A stretch of DNA of 63,102 nucleotides, filler included, from Chiloscyllium plagiosum (Eukaryota): assembly GCF_004010195.1 (NCBI RefSeq). It is 5 parts of one record of this genome, joined end to end, with 100 filler letters (N's around TTAATTAATTAA, not from the genome) between each part and the next. Parts side by side here need not be neighbours in the genome. Positions count along the whole stretch, not along the records: positions 42,912 to 63,102 come from NC_057717.1; 4 more parts are not named here. One strand, written 5' to 3'. How positions within the stretch are numbered: position 1 is the first letter of the stretch; each line of letters begins with the position of its first letter. Positions 48,725 through 60,969 of the stretch are shown piece by piece. The notes under the pieces were generated by a model. The model saw nothing but the letters and a program-made list of their open reading frames with translations, was not told where the DNA came from and searched no databases. The translations under genes and the position numbers were made by a program.

Positions 48725-48762
48725 GAATCCTGATGAACGCCTTATGTCCGAAACGTCGATTC
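48725..48762 (+). ncRNA. Minimal type I hammerhead motif at the head of a 132-bp mini-element (48725-48856)
   Basis: GAATC-CTGATGA-A-CGCCTTATGTCC-GAAA-CGTC-GATTC: perfect 5-bp stem I, intact core and GUC triplet, eroded stem II. Confidence 0.68.
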
Positions 48763-49769
48763 TCCTGCTTCTCTGATGCTGTCTGACCTGCTGTGCTTTT
48801 CCAGTAATCGACTCTCTACTCTGATCTCCCGCATCGGCAGTCCTCACTGTCTCCTAATAGATGCTGTAACATGATGAACAAGTGGAGCAGAGGCTGCACA
48901 GACAGACTGCTCCACGTTGTTCCTCCTGGCTCTGTTGCTTATGATACGTACACGGGACTTTAACGTGGTTTTCTAGTGGTGAGGAGGGAAGCCATATGTC
49001 TTGTGTGAACTCTCAAGAAGGCATCTTTCATCTCCGAGAAGACAGCCTGGTGTCCTCTATGTCGGGCAGAAGCTGGTGGGAATGGCTACCTGTTTCAGAT
49101 GGAAGGTATTGTGGCTGCTGTTGGGGATTGTGAGCAACCTGACGTTCAGTACAAGGTTCACTCGCCGACTACACAATAACATGGGGATAGTTAATTTAGG
49201 CATATGAACGATTAGGAAAGTCACGTTAGACTGATGAATGGACTCTCTAAGTTCAAATAATGCTGATCTTGCTCATGCTGATCTTGTCTAGTGCATGTCC
49301 TGTTCAGTGTAACCTGTATGCCTTACTCTGTCCAAGTCTATTTCTATCCAATAATCTGTCTGGCCATGCTTACTATGATCTGCCTCTACTTCTCATAAAT
49401 AAAGTGTTTCCCTGTACTGAGGTACACATGGCAATAAATCAAACCAATCAATCCTGGGTAAAGTATGGAATTTCTCTCCCTGTCAATGTCTGTTTTGGAA
49501 ATAAGTGATCGCTGCCACTCCTCGAGTTTCAGCATCACCATTTCTACATCTCTCACAGCTCTACAGTTTAAACACTCAGCTTCTTTACTCCACCCTCATG
49601 TTACCATCACCCGTGTCTGTGGTAAGGAGATAAATACTTATAAAGAAGATGAAATCTGTACAGAGTGCCCCAAATACTCTCTTAGCAAGGCTCTACAACA
49701 GCAGGAAGATGGCTTGACTTATGTACTCGAATCATCTTACAACTAAGGACAGCATACCATTGAGTGCAC

Positions 49770-50960
49770 AGTGTTTGATTCGGAGCAGTCAGCATAGACT
49801 TTTGAGTGGGAGACCATGCTTCCTAATTTTTTTAGCGTTCTTTGATGAAATGACCAGGAAATTTGATGAGGGCAGAGCGGTAGACGTAGTCTCTATGGAT
49901 TTCAGTAAGGTCTTTGATAACGTCCCACATGGCAGGCTGCTCTGGAAAGTTATATCGCGTGGAATGCTGGGGGAACTGGCCAATTGGATACACAGTTGGC
50001 TTGATGATAGAAAGCAGTGGGTTGAGTGGAAGGATGCTTGTCAGACTGGAGGCTGGGTCCATAGCTGTTTGTTATCTTTGATTTGGTTGATAATGTACAA
50101 GGCATGATGGGTAAGTTTGCAGATGACACTAAAATAAGTGGTATCGTGATCAGTGAGGAAGTTTATCAGAAATTGCAGCAGGGCCTTAATCAGGTGGGGA
50201 AGTGTGCCGAGAAATGGCAAATGGAATGTAGTGTAGGTGTGTAAGGTCTTGCGTTTTGGAAGCTCAAATCAAGGTAGGAGTTTCATGTTGAATGGGCTGG
50301 CCTTAAGGGGTGTCGTGGTCAGAAAGACCTTTGTGTTCAGGTGCACGGTTCCCTGAGACTGGAGTCACAGGTAGACAGGGCAGTGCAAAAGGCATTTGGC
50401 ACACTGGCCTTCATCAGGCAGGACATTGAGTATAGAAGTTGGGAATTCTTGTTGGAATTACACAGGACTTTGATAAGGCCGCACTTGGAGTATTGTGTTC
50501 AGTTTTGTCACCTTTGTTATAGGGAGGATGTTATCAAATTAGAAAGAGTGCAGAAGAAATTTACAAGGACGTTGCCAGGACTCAATGGTCTGAGATATAG
50601 GGAGAGGTTGGACATGCTAAGACCTTTTCCTTACAGTGTAGGAAGCTGAGGGGGGACCTTATAGAACTGTATAAGATCATGAGGGGTGTAGATAGGGTGA
50701 ATGCTCTCAGTCTTTTTCCACGGATTAAAAAATCTAGGACGAGAGGGGACCAGTTTCAGTTTAGAGGGGAAGGAATAAAAGGGAACCTGAGGGGACACTT
50801 CTTTACACAGAGGGTTGGTACGTGGATGAGCTGCTAGCAGATGTGGTTAAGGGGGTTACGTTAAAAACATTTCAAAAGCATTTGGATAAATATGTGGACA
50901 GGAAAGGGCTGGAAGGATATGGGGCAACTGCAGGGAAATGGGGTTAGCATGGATGGATAA
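49770..50960 (+). mobile_element. CR1/HER1-like LINE RT to 3' UTR (decayed)
   Basis: DFSKVFDNVPH, KFADDTKI and RPHLEYCVQF..DVIKLERVQKKFTRTLPGL. Confidence 0.88.
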
Positions 50961-53900
50961 GGTGGACTCTAACCCCTCTGTTAATCAAAACTAAACGCCC
51001 AGAAAAGCTCGCCTCACCTCGTAATCTGTTAAAATATGAGTGACACAGATCTTCCATTATTAAGAAAAATTAACAAGATTATTTCTTAATTTTAATAGTG
51101 AACACTAAACAACAACTCTTCCCAAATACTAGCCCCTCTTTTGTTAATTGCTTACTATCTGACTCCAACTCTATAAAATTATGCTGTTCCAACAACCCAC
51201 ATATTAAACATTACAATCTCAAGACCACACAATATCTATCTTCCCCGCTGTGTTCACTCTTCCAGCTGTTGATGTGCTTGGGTCATGTTTTGACATGAAC
51301 ATGTATCTTTAATAGAGAGTGTTTGAGATGACCAGTTAGCACTCCTGCCCTACAGCAGCTACTCTGCCGTTGGATGGCAGTGGCTCTCCCTGTAGTGTTC
51401 AAAATCCTGTGTTTATATACTTGCCATGTTACAATAAATCTCATACTTTCCAGTTGTCAAAACAATAATATCGATTTCCGTTGGCTTCTGGTATGCTAAG
51501 CGTTATTTAAACTCTTTGGTTGTATTTGAATTGTTGTCAAAACAGCAACCAAAACTCAGGTATCCATTTCCCAGTTAATGATGACATTTGGAACAGTCTG
51601 ACCTTTAGCTGGCATCTGTGGCTGTACTTTCTATTCAGCAAAACCCGTTCTGTCTTAAAGTGACCAGACATGCTTTCGGCTTCATAACACCTTTCTTCTT
51701 CAGAAATAAAATGAACGATCAGAATGAAAAGATGGTTTCATTTCTTTTCCTTTAATGCTTAATCCCATTTTTTGAAATACAAAAGTATTAATCTCAATGA
51801 TACCATTCATGTTAATTCTGCACACATATATAACACTGGAATAAGGCAAATTTTATCTACACATTTTCCTTTAAATCTGTGATAACACATCTGCTATCAC
51901 ATTTATACGGCCCACAGAATGTACATGTTGTAAGTTTACAGTCTGTAACATAAGACCCCTACGAAATAGTCTCATATTCTGGTCTTAAAATAATCCAAAA
52001 AATGAGAGAGGATTGTTGTTGTCCACATCCATCTCCGACAATTTGTTTGCCATATAAACATTAAAATATTGTCAGGCCAGTACGAAACTTAAACTTGTAT
52101 GAAACCCATTCTTCCTTGTTCAATAATGGAGATTTTGCATTTTTTCTGGTGGATATTGAGTTTTTCAACAAGTAGCCAATTGGCCATTCAATTCCATCAT
52201 CATCTTTCTGTATCAGTACATTTCCGCCCCCATATCCATCGCATCAAACACAATTTTCAAAGGGTTTCAAAATATTTGGTGCTGTTAAAACGGGTGCGGT
52301 GATTAATCTTGCTTTAAAATTCTCAATGCCTCGTTGCATTGTGCTGCCTACCACAATTCTGTGTTCTCGTTAGTAAATCATTCAGGGGTGTCAATATGCT
52401 GCTGAAGTTTGAAGCAAATGTCCGATAGAGTCCACAGTTCCAAAAACCGAACCACTTCTTTCTTTGAGGATGGTTGTGGAAATTCCTTGTGTTCCATGGG
52501 GTCAACCTCCCATGTCCAATGTAATGTCCCAAGAACGTTACCTCTCCCTTCGTGAATTCTGTTTTCTTTAAGTTTGTTACCAAGTTTGCTTCTTGTAATC
52601 GTTCAACATGCTCTGCCAACTGTAACTTCTGAGCTTTCAATCACTTGCTAAAGATGACTACATCATACAGATCAACTGCACAATTTGTTCATCTGGCCAC
52701 AGCTCTGTTCCTGAGTCTTAAATGTGGCTGGAGCATTATTCATTCATATGACATACTCTAACTTTTTTTTATCATATCCGGTATCTTTATCAGATAGTTT
52801 AACTGACTCAACATTTTTTTTTAATTTGAAAGGGGACACTTAACCTGGCTTTGAAGAGATTTCCTACCACAAGTGGCAATGCTAATACTTCATTCCCACG
52901 GGAAATCGTCAAAGTTTCAGGGTTTTCATCAGACACCTGCATCACTCTATACGCTGCCCTCTTCAGGTGCTGTTTAGCTAACTCACCTACTCCATCTAAT
53001 TTCTCCCTCACCTCAAATATATAATCCAAGTGTGAGCTCTTCGACTTCGGTTCTGTCAATTTATATTTAATTAATTTCAAAGGATCTCTCACTTCATGTA
53101 TGAATGTTAACTCAAAGGAAGGGAAGTGAGTAGATTTATTTGGGGCATCTGTAATGGCAAACAATCTAATGAGACGCCTTTATTCCAATCATTCGGGTAA
53201 TTCTAACACCATGCTGTTAATATTTCCTTCAGCATCTGATGCCAACTTTCCAAGACTCCCTGGGATTTGGTATGGGATGCACTTGATTTAAACTGCTGTA
53301 TGCCGAAGCTATCCATGACGTCCTTAAACAGCTGAGCGGTGAAATGAGACCCTTGGTCTGACTTAATCACACTGCGTAACCCACAGTGAGTAAAGAAAGC
53401 TACCAACTTCTCTACCTCCCTTTTTGCCTTAACACCCCATAAAAAAATTATCCCTGGAAATCGGGTAGACACATCCATTAGGATCACCAGATATTGGTTT
53501 CCACTTCTATTTTAGAAAGGGGAGCTACACAATTAATCATAACACACATGATAGTGTCTTCGAATTGACAACAAAGCTGCTGGTTTTAATACTGCCTGTA
53601 ACCTACCAACCATTTGGCATGTGTGACATGTACAACAAAAATTAACCATGTCCTTGTGCATTCCAGCCACTAGAAATGCTTTAGCCTGAGTCTTCCGTGC
53701 ATCAATTCCTTTGGCTTTTTCTTTAGGTTTTCCTTCCTGTTGTAACTTATGACAGTGGGATCTTGTTACTAAATAGTCTGGAAAAATGCCTGGGTGTTTT
53801 TCTTTTAATTCCCCAGTTCCCTGGTCTTACTTTGGCTTCTTCACCACAAGGTGTGCCTCTCCCACCTTGGATCCTGCTAAATCATTCCCAAGAACAAACT

Positions 53901-54085
53901 GTATTCCTGGAACTGACAATCTGTCACTCAATCTCACTGTTGCTTCCCCAACCTTGATTTGGAATTCCAACCTAATGTTACATAAGGGAATGTTTAATTT
54001 CTGTCCCCAATTCACAAATTATCACGCTGTTGAGTAACATGTCAGAAAGAATGAAAATACTTCTTCTCTTACTATTAGAGGCCAA

Positions 54086-54560
54086 GGGACAGTGAGGACT
54101 GCAGATGCTGGAGATCAGAGTTGAAAAGTGTGGTTCTGGAAAAGCACTGCAGACTGGCAGCATCCGAGGGGCAGGAGAGTTGACGTTTCAGGCATACTTC
54201 CTTCATCAGGAAAGTGGGAGGTAAGGGAGGGGGAAAGGGGGTGAGAATTAAATAGGAGGGTGGGGGTGGAGCTGGGTGGAAGGTAGCCTGGAAGGCGAAG
54301 TTTTATGCAGGTGGGGTCTGATGGTGATAGGTTGGAGAGGAGGGTGAAGTACTGGACCCCTCAAACGATACAGCATCAACGTTGACTTCACCGATTTCCA
54401 AATTGCCTCTCCCCAACCTCATCCCAGATTCAACCGTTCAACTTAGCTCTGCCCTCTTTAACTGTTCTAACTGTCCATCTTCCTTCCCACCTATCCACTC
54501 CACCTTCCCCTCCGACGTATCAGTATCACTCCCACATAAATTTTCGTATCGCCCTCCCGG
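54086..54560. mobile_element. Inverted Penelope-like pLTR insertion within the Gypsy element; hammerhead motif at 54176-54213 (minus)
   Basis: Minus strand CTGATGAAGGAAGTATGCCTGAAACGTC, followed by the pLTR tail. Confidence 0.72.
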
Positions 54561-57500
54561 TGACCCACTCTCCTGCCTTGGCTGTGCACTCTCCTGCAGT
54601 TCCTTGGCTCTACTTGGGGTCTCCTTTTCCAGGTTCACAAATGCCACTGGCTTAAACTCTTTTACCACATCCTTTCCCAAAGTGCCTTCCTTCAACCCCC
54701 AGCACAGTGTGTCCCAGCGTACTGCAGTGAAACCACCTTTTCCCAGTGCCCTTCTAAAACCCCCCGCACAGTGTGTCCCAGCTCACTGCAGTGAAAACAG
54801 CTTTTCCCAGTGCCCTTCTAAAACCCCCAACCCAGTGTGTCCCAGCTTACTGCAGTGAAAACAGCTTTTCCCAGTCCCCTTCTTAAACCATCGGCACTGT
54901 AATCTTTATGTGTTCCACTATTTATAGTGTGAACAGCTGAGGCCTTTCACTTCCTTTCATGCCCTTTGGGCTTTTTTTCCACCGGTGGTAAACTATTGAC
55001 AGTGTGCTTTTCTCAATGTTTTGTAGTGTAGGATCTCCCGTTCTCCCAATTTCTATCCCTCACAGGATGAAAATCCTGCCAGAAGCTAAATTTCATCTCA
55101 TGCACTCATGCATATTTACCTGCCATTTCTGCCGCAATTCTCACTCCTTGAACTTCCTGTTCATTCACATGAATTCTTACCATCTCTGGAAGTGAGTCTT
55201 TAAACGTCCAGCAGCATAATCTCCGTTCGGGCCTCACAGGTCTTGTACATTTTTAAGGCCTGCACCCATTTATCAAAATGACTGTGGTTAATTTTTCAAA
55301 CTCAATATATGTCTGACCTGGTTCCGTCTCTATATTTCTGAACCGCTGTCTATATTCTTCTAGTACCAATTCATAAGCACTCAAAATAGCCTGTCAGACA
55401 TCTGCATAATCTCTTGCTCCCTCATGTGACAGCACTACATATACCTCTCAAACTGTGCCAACCATCTTAGTCTGAACTAGCATCACCTACAAGTTCACTG
55501 GACATCTGCCGAGCCAGTTTTGCAAATGAAATTAAAAAAGGTTTGGCATTTTTCTCACAGAAATATGGCAATGTATTAACATAGTTTTATACATCCCTAC
55601 CTTCTCTCTTCATCTTCATCCTGCTAATTTAATTTTCTTATCTAATTCCAAACGTCTGAATTTCAAATTCTCTTTCTCTTCCTTTTCCTGTCTTTCTCTT
55701 TCTCTGTCTTCTCTCTCTTTCTGTCTCTCCCTTCTAACCCGAGTTGCCACATTTGCAATTTAAGTTTTTTCTAACTCGACTGCAGTTTCCTGCTTCTCTG
55801 ATACACCAAAGTGCTTGACCAACTCCATTATGGTGACAGCTTTCCTTTTGTCCCTGGTGAAACCCAATCCTAATCTACATGTTAATTCTAAAATTATGCC
55901 CTCCCTTTGTCTTTCTACACTTTCTTGGCAAACTTGAGAATCATCTTCAAACCTCAGAACCTCTTTAGTAATGTGAAAAGCCATTTCTTCTAATTTAACC
56001 AACCACAAGGAAACAAAATTAAATGAATTTTGTCACCTGTTTTACTTGAGGATCTAGGTCACTAACTGCCAAGTGATGGACTCTCCTGGGAACTTTAGTA
56101 CCCCAAATCTGTTCAAATCCCATACGACAAGCCCTCAAACCGTTATGATGTCAATGTCAAACCCCTCTGTTAATTAAAACCACACACCCAGAAAAGCTCA
56201 CCTCTCCTCGTACTCTGTTAAAACAAGAGTGACAGAGATGTCCCAAATTCGACTATTAAGAGAAAAATAACCATTTATAAGTATGCAATTTAGCTCGCTG
56301 AGCTCGAAGGTTTGTTTTCCGATGTTTCCTCACCATGACTAGGTAACATCATCAGTGAGAGTCTCTGGTGACGCACTGGTGGTATGTCCTGTCTTTCTAT
56401 TTATAGGCCTTGGTTTCTTAAGGTGTGTGATGACATTTCCGGTATTTTTTCCCAAGGGAAGGTAGGTAGGATCTAAACTGATGTGTTTATTGATGGACTT
56501 CTGGTTATAATATCATGCCTCTAAGAACTTGTGCGTGGCTTTGTCCAAGGAAGTGTGTATTGTCACAGTGAACGTGTTGTCCTCCTTTATCTGTATGTAT
56601 GGAAACTACTGATAGTGGGTCATGTCTTTTGGTGGCCAGTTGGCGTTCATGTCTCCTGGTAGCATGACAGCAGGAGAGTTTGAAACTGAGGAAAAATGAT
56701 TTTATATACGCTGTTTAATCAGTGTGTATTCAGATAAGGAAGATTGTTCATATGTGTACAACACATTCTGAATGAACAACGGAGACACAGTTAACGGAAA
56801 ATGATGTACATGATGTGTAACATTTTTAAAGCATTAAAATATTATTTGATCCTCATCTGAAGTGGTACCTTCCCTTTCTTTCAACGTTCCCCTTTTCTGG
56901 GATTCCCAACTCTAATCTCTCATTCTTATTGGAATGTGTGTTATAATGTTTTGCCTCTCGTGTCCCAACTTGTTTCATTTAATCCCCTTTCTAACAGCAA
57001 TTAAATATATTGGCCTGCTGGGTTCTTTCCAAAACTAATGTCTGGCATATTATTTGAGAGAAAGGTTATGGCATCAGACCCAACATTTGAACATATTGCT
57101 CTGTTGTACGTGCACTGTACAAAGGACTACAGCACACAGGAATTGCCAAAACATTGAGTGAAGTACATCGACTTTTTTCGATAATCAAGTTTTCACATTT
57201 TCCACATCTCCATCTCTGTATCCGCTCTCTCGTTCTCCCTTTGTATCTATTTAAGACATCTACCAATTATTCTTCATGTCCCATCTCTCAAAACTCCTTC
57301 TCTCAGTTTAGAAGTAATGCTGTCTTCAAGATGTAATGTGGTTATAATTAAGCAATGTAACTACACAGTCATGCGGGCATAGCTGGCCAGAGTTAATTTG
57401 AAGGGGAGCTGAGCAGGAAAGACCATGGAGCAGCAATGGGAGGAGTTTCAGGAGATAATTCGGAAGATAATACTAGAAATGCAACCCCAAGAAGATGAAA

Positions 57501-60500
57501 CATACTCATGGGAAGACAAGGCAACCATGAGTGATAAGGCATCAAACCAAAAAAGAAAACATACAATGTGGAGAAGATGATTGGGAATCCAGAGAATTCA
57601 TTGGCCCTGAAACTACATAAGGCTGGCATCACTGACACTACAGAGCTTTTAGTCATGGTCAGGGAGAAAAACAGAGGAAATACATTCACTTTAAACACAC
57701 AAGATGGTATTTCTCAACGAAAAAGATTCAGGTGAATTAAACATCCGAATTTAAGATCAGTTAAATGCTTTTGCGGAATGGGCCAGATTGGAAGCAAGAC
57801 CCGGGGAGACAGACCCTCAGCAGAATGAGAGTTTGAAAATGGAAGTATTGCCATATCAGAAAGCAGGTTAGGTCACTGAGTGCAGGGCTGATGGGTGAAT
57901 GGGTCTCAGTGAGAATTGGCAGCAGAATTGCATTGCAGATATTGCAGCTCGAAACTGCGTATTCATGTAGTGCTGTAGACCATAGCATCAGAAGAAGCAG
58001 ACCTGCATTCAACCACAACCTGTAATATTTGCCAGAATAACACCTCAGTCTGCCATTACCATCAATACCACCTATGGCTCAGTGACAAGTGTGGGTGAAC
58101 ATGTCAGAGTCAGAATCACATGAACTTTAACCTGATGCAAACTCATTAAAGCTACCGTACTTGACCAACAGATCTGATCGAAGCCCTGCAGTCCTGCCAC
58201 ATTCAGTTATAAATGGTGATGGACAATTAAACAAATGACTAGAGGAGAGAGCTCCACAAACATCCCCATTCAAAATAATGGAACAGACCTGCACATCAGT
58301 GTAAAAGAGAAGGATGTTTTATTTGCACCATCCTCTGCCAGAAGTGTTGAGTCGATGATATATCTCACCCTCCTCATGGTGTCCACAGAATCACAGATGC
58401 CAGTCTTCAACTAATTTTATTTGCTGCACGTGACATGAAGAAACAGCTGAACACAATAGAAACGACAAAGATAATTGTCCATGACCCCATTCTTGCAATA
58501 GGACTGAAGCCTTGTGCTACATAACAAGCAGTGTCCCTGGGGAAGCTTTTTCATCCAAGCTCCAACTCTGACATCTCCCTGGCAATGTGGAAAATTGCTC
58601 AGATATGGCCTGTCCGCTAAGACGGGAATAATTACAAACTGACCAATTACTACCTCCTCAGTCCCATCATGACAGTCAAATTGGTGGGAGTTCTTTTTGA
58701 CAGAGCCGTCAAGCAGCACAGAAATAACCTGCTCAGTGTAGTTTTTGACAGGTCCCCATGTGGAGATGGTGCTNNNNNNNNNNNNNNNNNNNNNNNNNNN
58801 NNNNNNNNNNNNNNNNNNNNNNNNNNNNNNNNNNNNNNNNNNNNNNNNNNNNNNNNNNNNNNNNNNNNNNNNNNNNNNNNNNNNNNNNNNNNNNNNNNNN
58901 NNNNNNNNNNNNNNNNNNNNNNNNNNNNNNNNNNNNNNNNNNNNNNNNNNNNNNNNNNNNNNNNNNNNNNNNNNNNNNNNNNNNNNNNNNNNNNNNNNNN
59001 NNNNNNNNNNNNNNNNNNNNNNNNNNNNNNNNNNNNNNNNNNNNNNNNNNNNNNNNNNNNNNNNNNNNNNNNNNNNNNNNNNNNNNNNNNNNNNNNNNNN
59101 NNNNNNNNNNNNNNNNNNNNNNNNNNNNNNNNNNNNNNNNNNNNNNNNNNNNNNNNNNNNNNNNNNNNNNNNNNNNNNNNNNNNNNNNNNNNNNNNNNNN
59201 NNNNNNNNNNNNNNNNNNNNNNNNNNNNNNCCTTCTCCAATATACTTTTAGGAAGTGAATCGCCTGTGATTTCCTGGGATGGCCTAAAACTGACTCTAAA
59301 GGCATGTGATAAACATTTCAATGGTCTCTGAAACGGCCAAGCAAAGCACTCATTTGTATCAAACTACTCCGAGGTCTGAAAGGATGAAACCGGACAGAAC
59401 ACCCAGCTTCAGCATCAGTGTCGGAAAAGGGAATGGGAACACAGTCCTGTCGACCCTGCAGAAACCTCCTTCCTAACATCTGAGAGCTTGTGACAACATT
59501 TACAGAGCTTTCCCACAGAGTGCACAGAAACAGCGGGAAAGGAGTCGGTCATACAACACATTGAGCCTCCCCCATTCTGGCGCATCGAAAACATCTCCGC
59601 AATGCACTTAACCCACACGATATACATATCCGTTAATGTGAGTAACCTTGGGGAGCTATAAAATAGGCGATGCAGTCGGACGTATGGTCTATCGGGTTTG
59701 CTACATAATTCAATGTAATGATGGTTGGACTTCATTTCCACACCGTACTCCTGCTCTCCCACCATCCCTTTACTGTCTCTAAATCCTTATTTGTAATCAG
59801 TATCTTGGTTTCCAGATGCGAGCAAATTCCCCAGGTTCACCAGTCAGTGAGTGCAGCCAGTTATTCTCATTTCAATGCAGAGTGACCTGCCTGTACCCAA
59901 TACTGTGGCTCCTTGTTTTAGACGTCCCAGCCAGGGGAATTATCATCCCTGCTTCCAATCTGTCTCACCCTGTCAGAGTTTTGTATATTTCACTGAGATC
60001 TCCACGCATTTTCCTAAACCCCATGGAATACTGGCCCAGTCACCCGAAACTAACCCCATGGAATACTGGCCCAGTCACCCGAAACTCTGCTCCCACAACA
60101 AGCCTGCCAGACCAGAGATCAGTCTGGTCATCCTTCACTGCTCTCTCTCAATGTCAGGTTTGTCCTTTATTAGGTACGGAGATCAAAACTGCCCACAATA
60201 CTGTACAATGTTTGAGATGATATCTTACCAAGTCCCTGTACAGCTACAGTAGACACCCTTTCTCCTGGACTCAAATCCACCTGAAATGAAGGTCAGCACA
60301 CCATTTATCTTCTTAGCTGCTTTCTTTCCTGCAATATTGCTTTCAGTGACTGGTGTACAAGGAGAGCCAGATCCTGTTCAATGTTATAGCTCCCCCTTGC
60401 TGGTTCTATGTACTCTAGGCAGCGTGGCAATGTCATTCCTAGTGTTGACTTCTGGTTGCAGAACTCACTGCGCTGCAGGAAGCTCAGATGTTTATGCAGA

Positions 60501-60969
60501 AGGAAACAACAAAAAGTACCATACATCCCTTTGTAAATCAACATGTTTCAACCAATCCCTTTCAAATGGTAGACTGCCAATTTATCGTTTCCACCAAAGG
60601 ACACACCGTCACCTCTACCCACGTTGTTCTCCCTCTGTCACGTATTTACCCATTCACTCCACTTGTATTCGTCTTCTCGGTGCTTTTTTACATCCTCCTC
60701 ACCCACTCACAATCCCACATCCGTTAGTGCTGTCAGCAGGCTGGGGTATATTGTATCTTATTCCCGCAGCCAAATGTTTAAAGGGCATTGTGAATAGCTG
60801 GGCCCCAAGCACTGATCCCTGTGATACCTCAGCAAACTTCCTCTTTTAATTTGTATTTTATTTATTTCGTGAATCTGTGTGTCACTAGCTTGGCCAGTAT
60901 TTATTGTCCGTCCCTAATTACCCTTGAGAAGGTGGTGGTGAGCTGCCTTGTTGAACGCTGCAGTCCATC
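54184..60969 (+). repeat. Segmental duplication block D, copy 2
   Basis: Direct diverged copy of 31844-38909 that lacks the two SINEs. Confidence 0.9.
54705..54890 (+). repeat. 64-bp tandem triplication
   Basis: CAGTGTGTCCCAGC at 54705, 54769 and 54833; single copy in the paralog. Confidence 0.9.

Larger units (their letters stand above)
47676..50052 (-). repeat. Segmental duplication block A, copy 2 (inverted)
   Basis: For example, 47676 GCTCCTGAACTGGT... is the reverse complement of 3338-3351, and 50040 GTCAGACTGGAGGCT is the reverse complement of 966-980. Confidence 0.9.
50960..56279 (-). mobile_element. Decayed Gypsy LTR retrotransposon, Gmr1-type domain order (gag-PR-IN-RT-RH)
   Basis: On the minus strand: 5' LTR remnant 56141-56279 and a PBS-like segment at 56115-56137; gag AILSAYELVLEEYRQRFRN and CCHC knuckles; PR tail FVLGNDLAG; IN CHTCQ, MDVSTRFP, SDQGSHF and SQGVLESWHQMLK (~53700-52810); RT/RH LQEANLVTNLKKTEF..VTFLGH (~52740-51950); PPT GAAGAAGAAAGG (51690-701); 3' LTR starting TGTTA at 51689. 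Confidence 0.82.
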
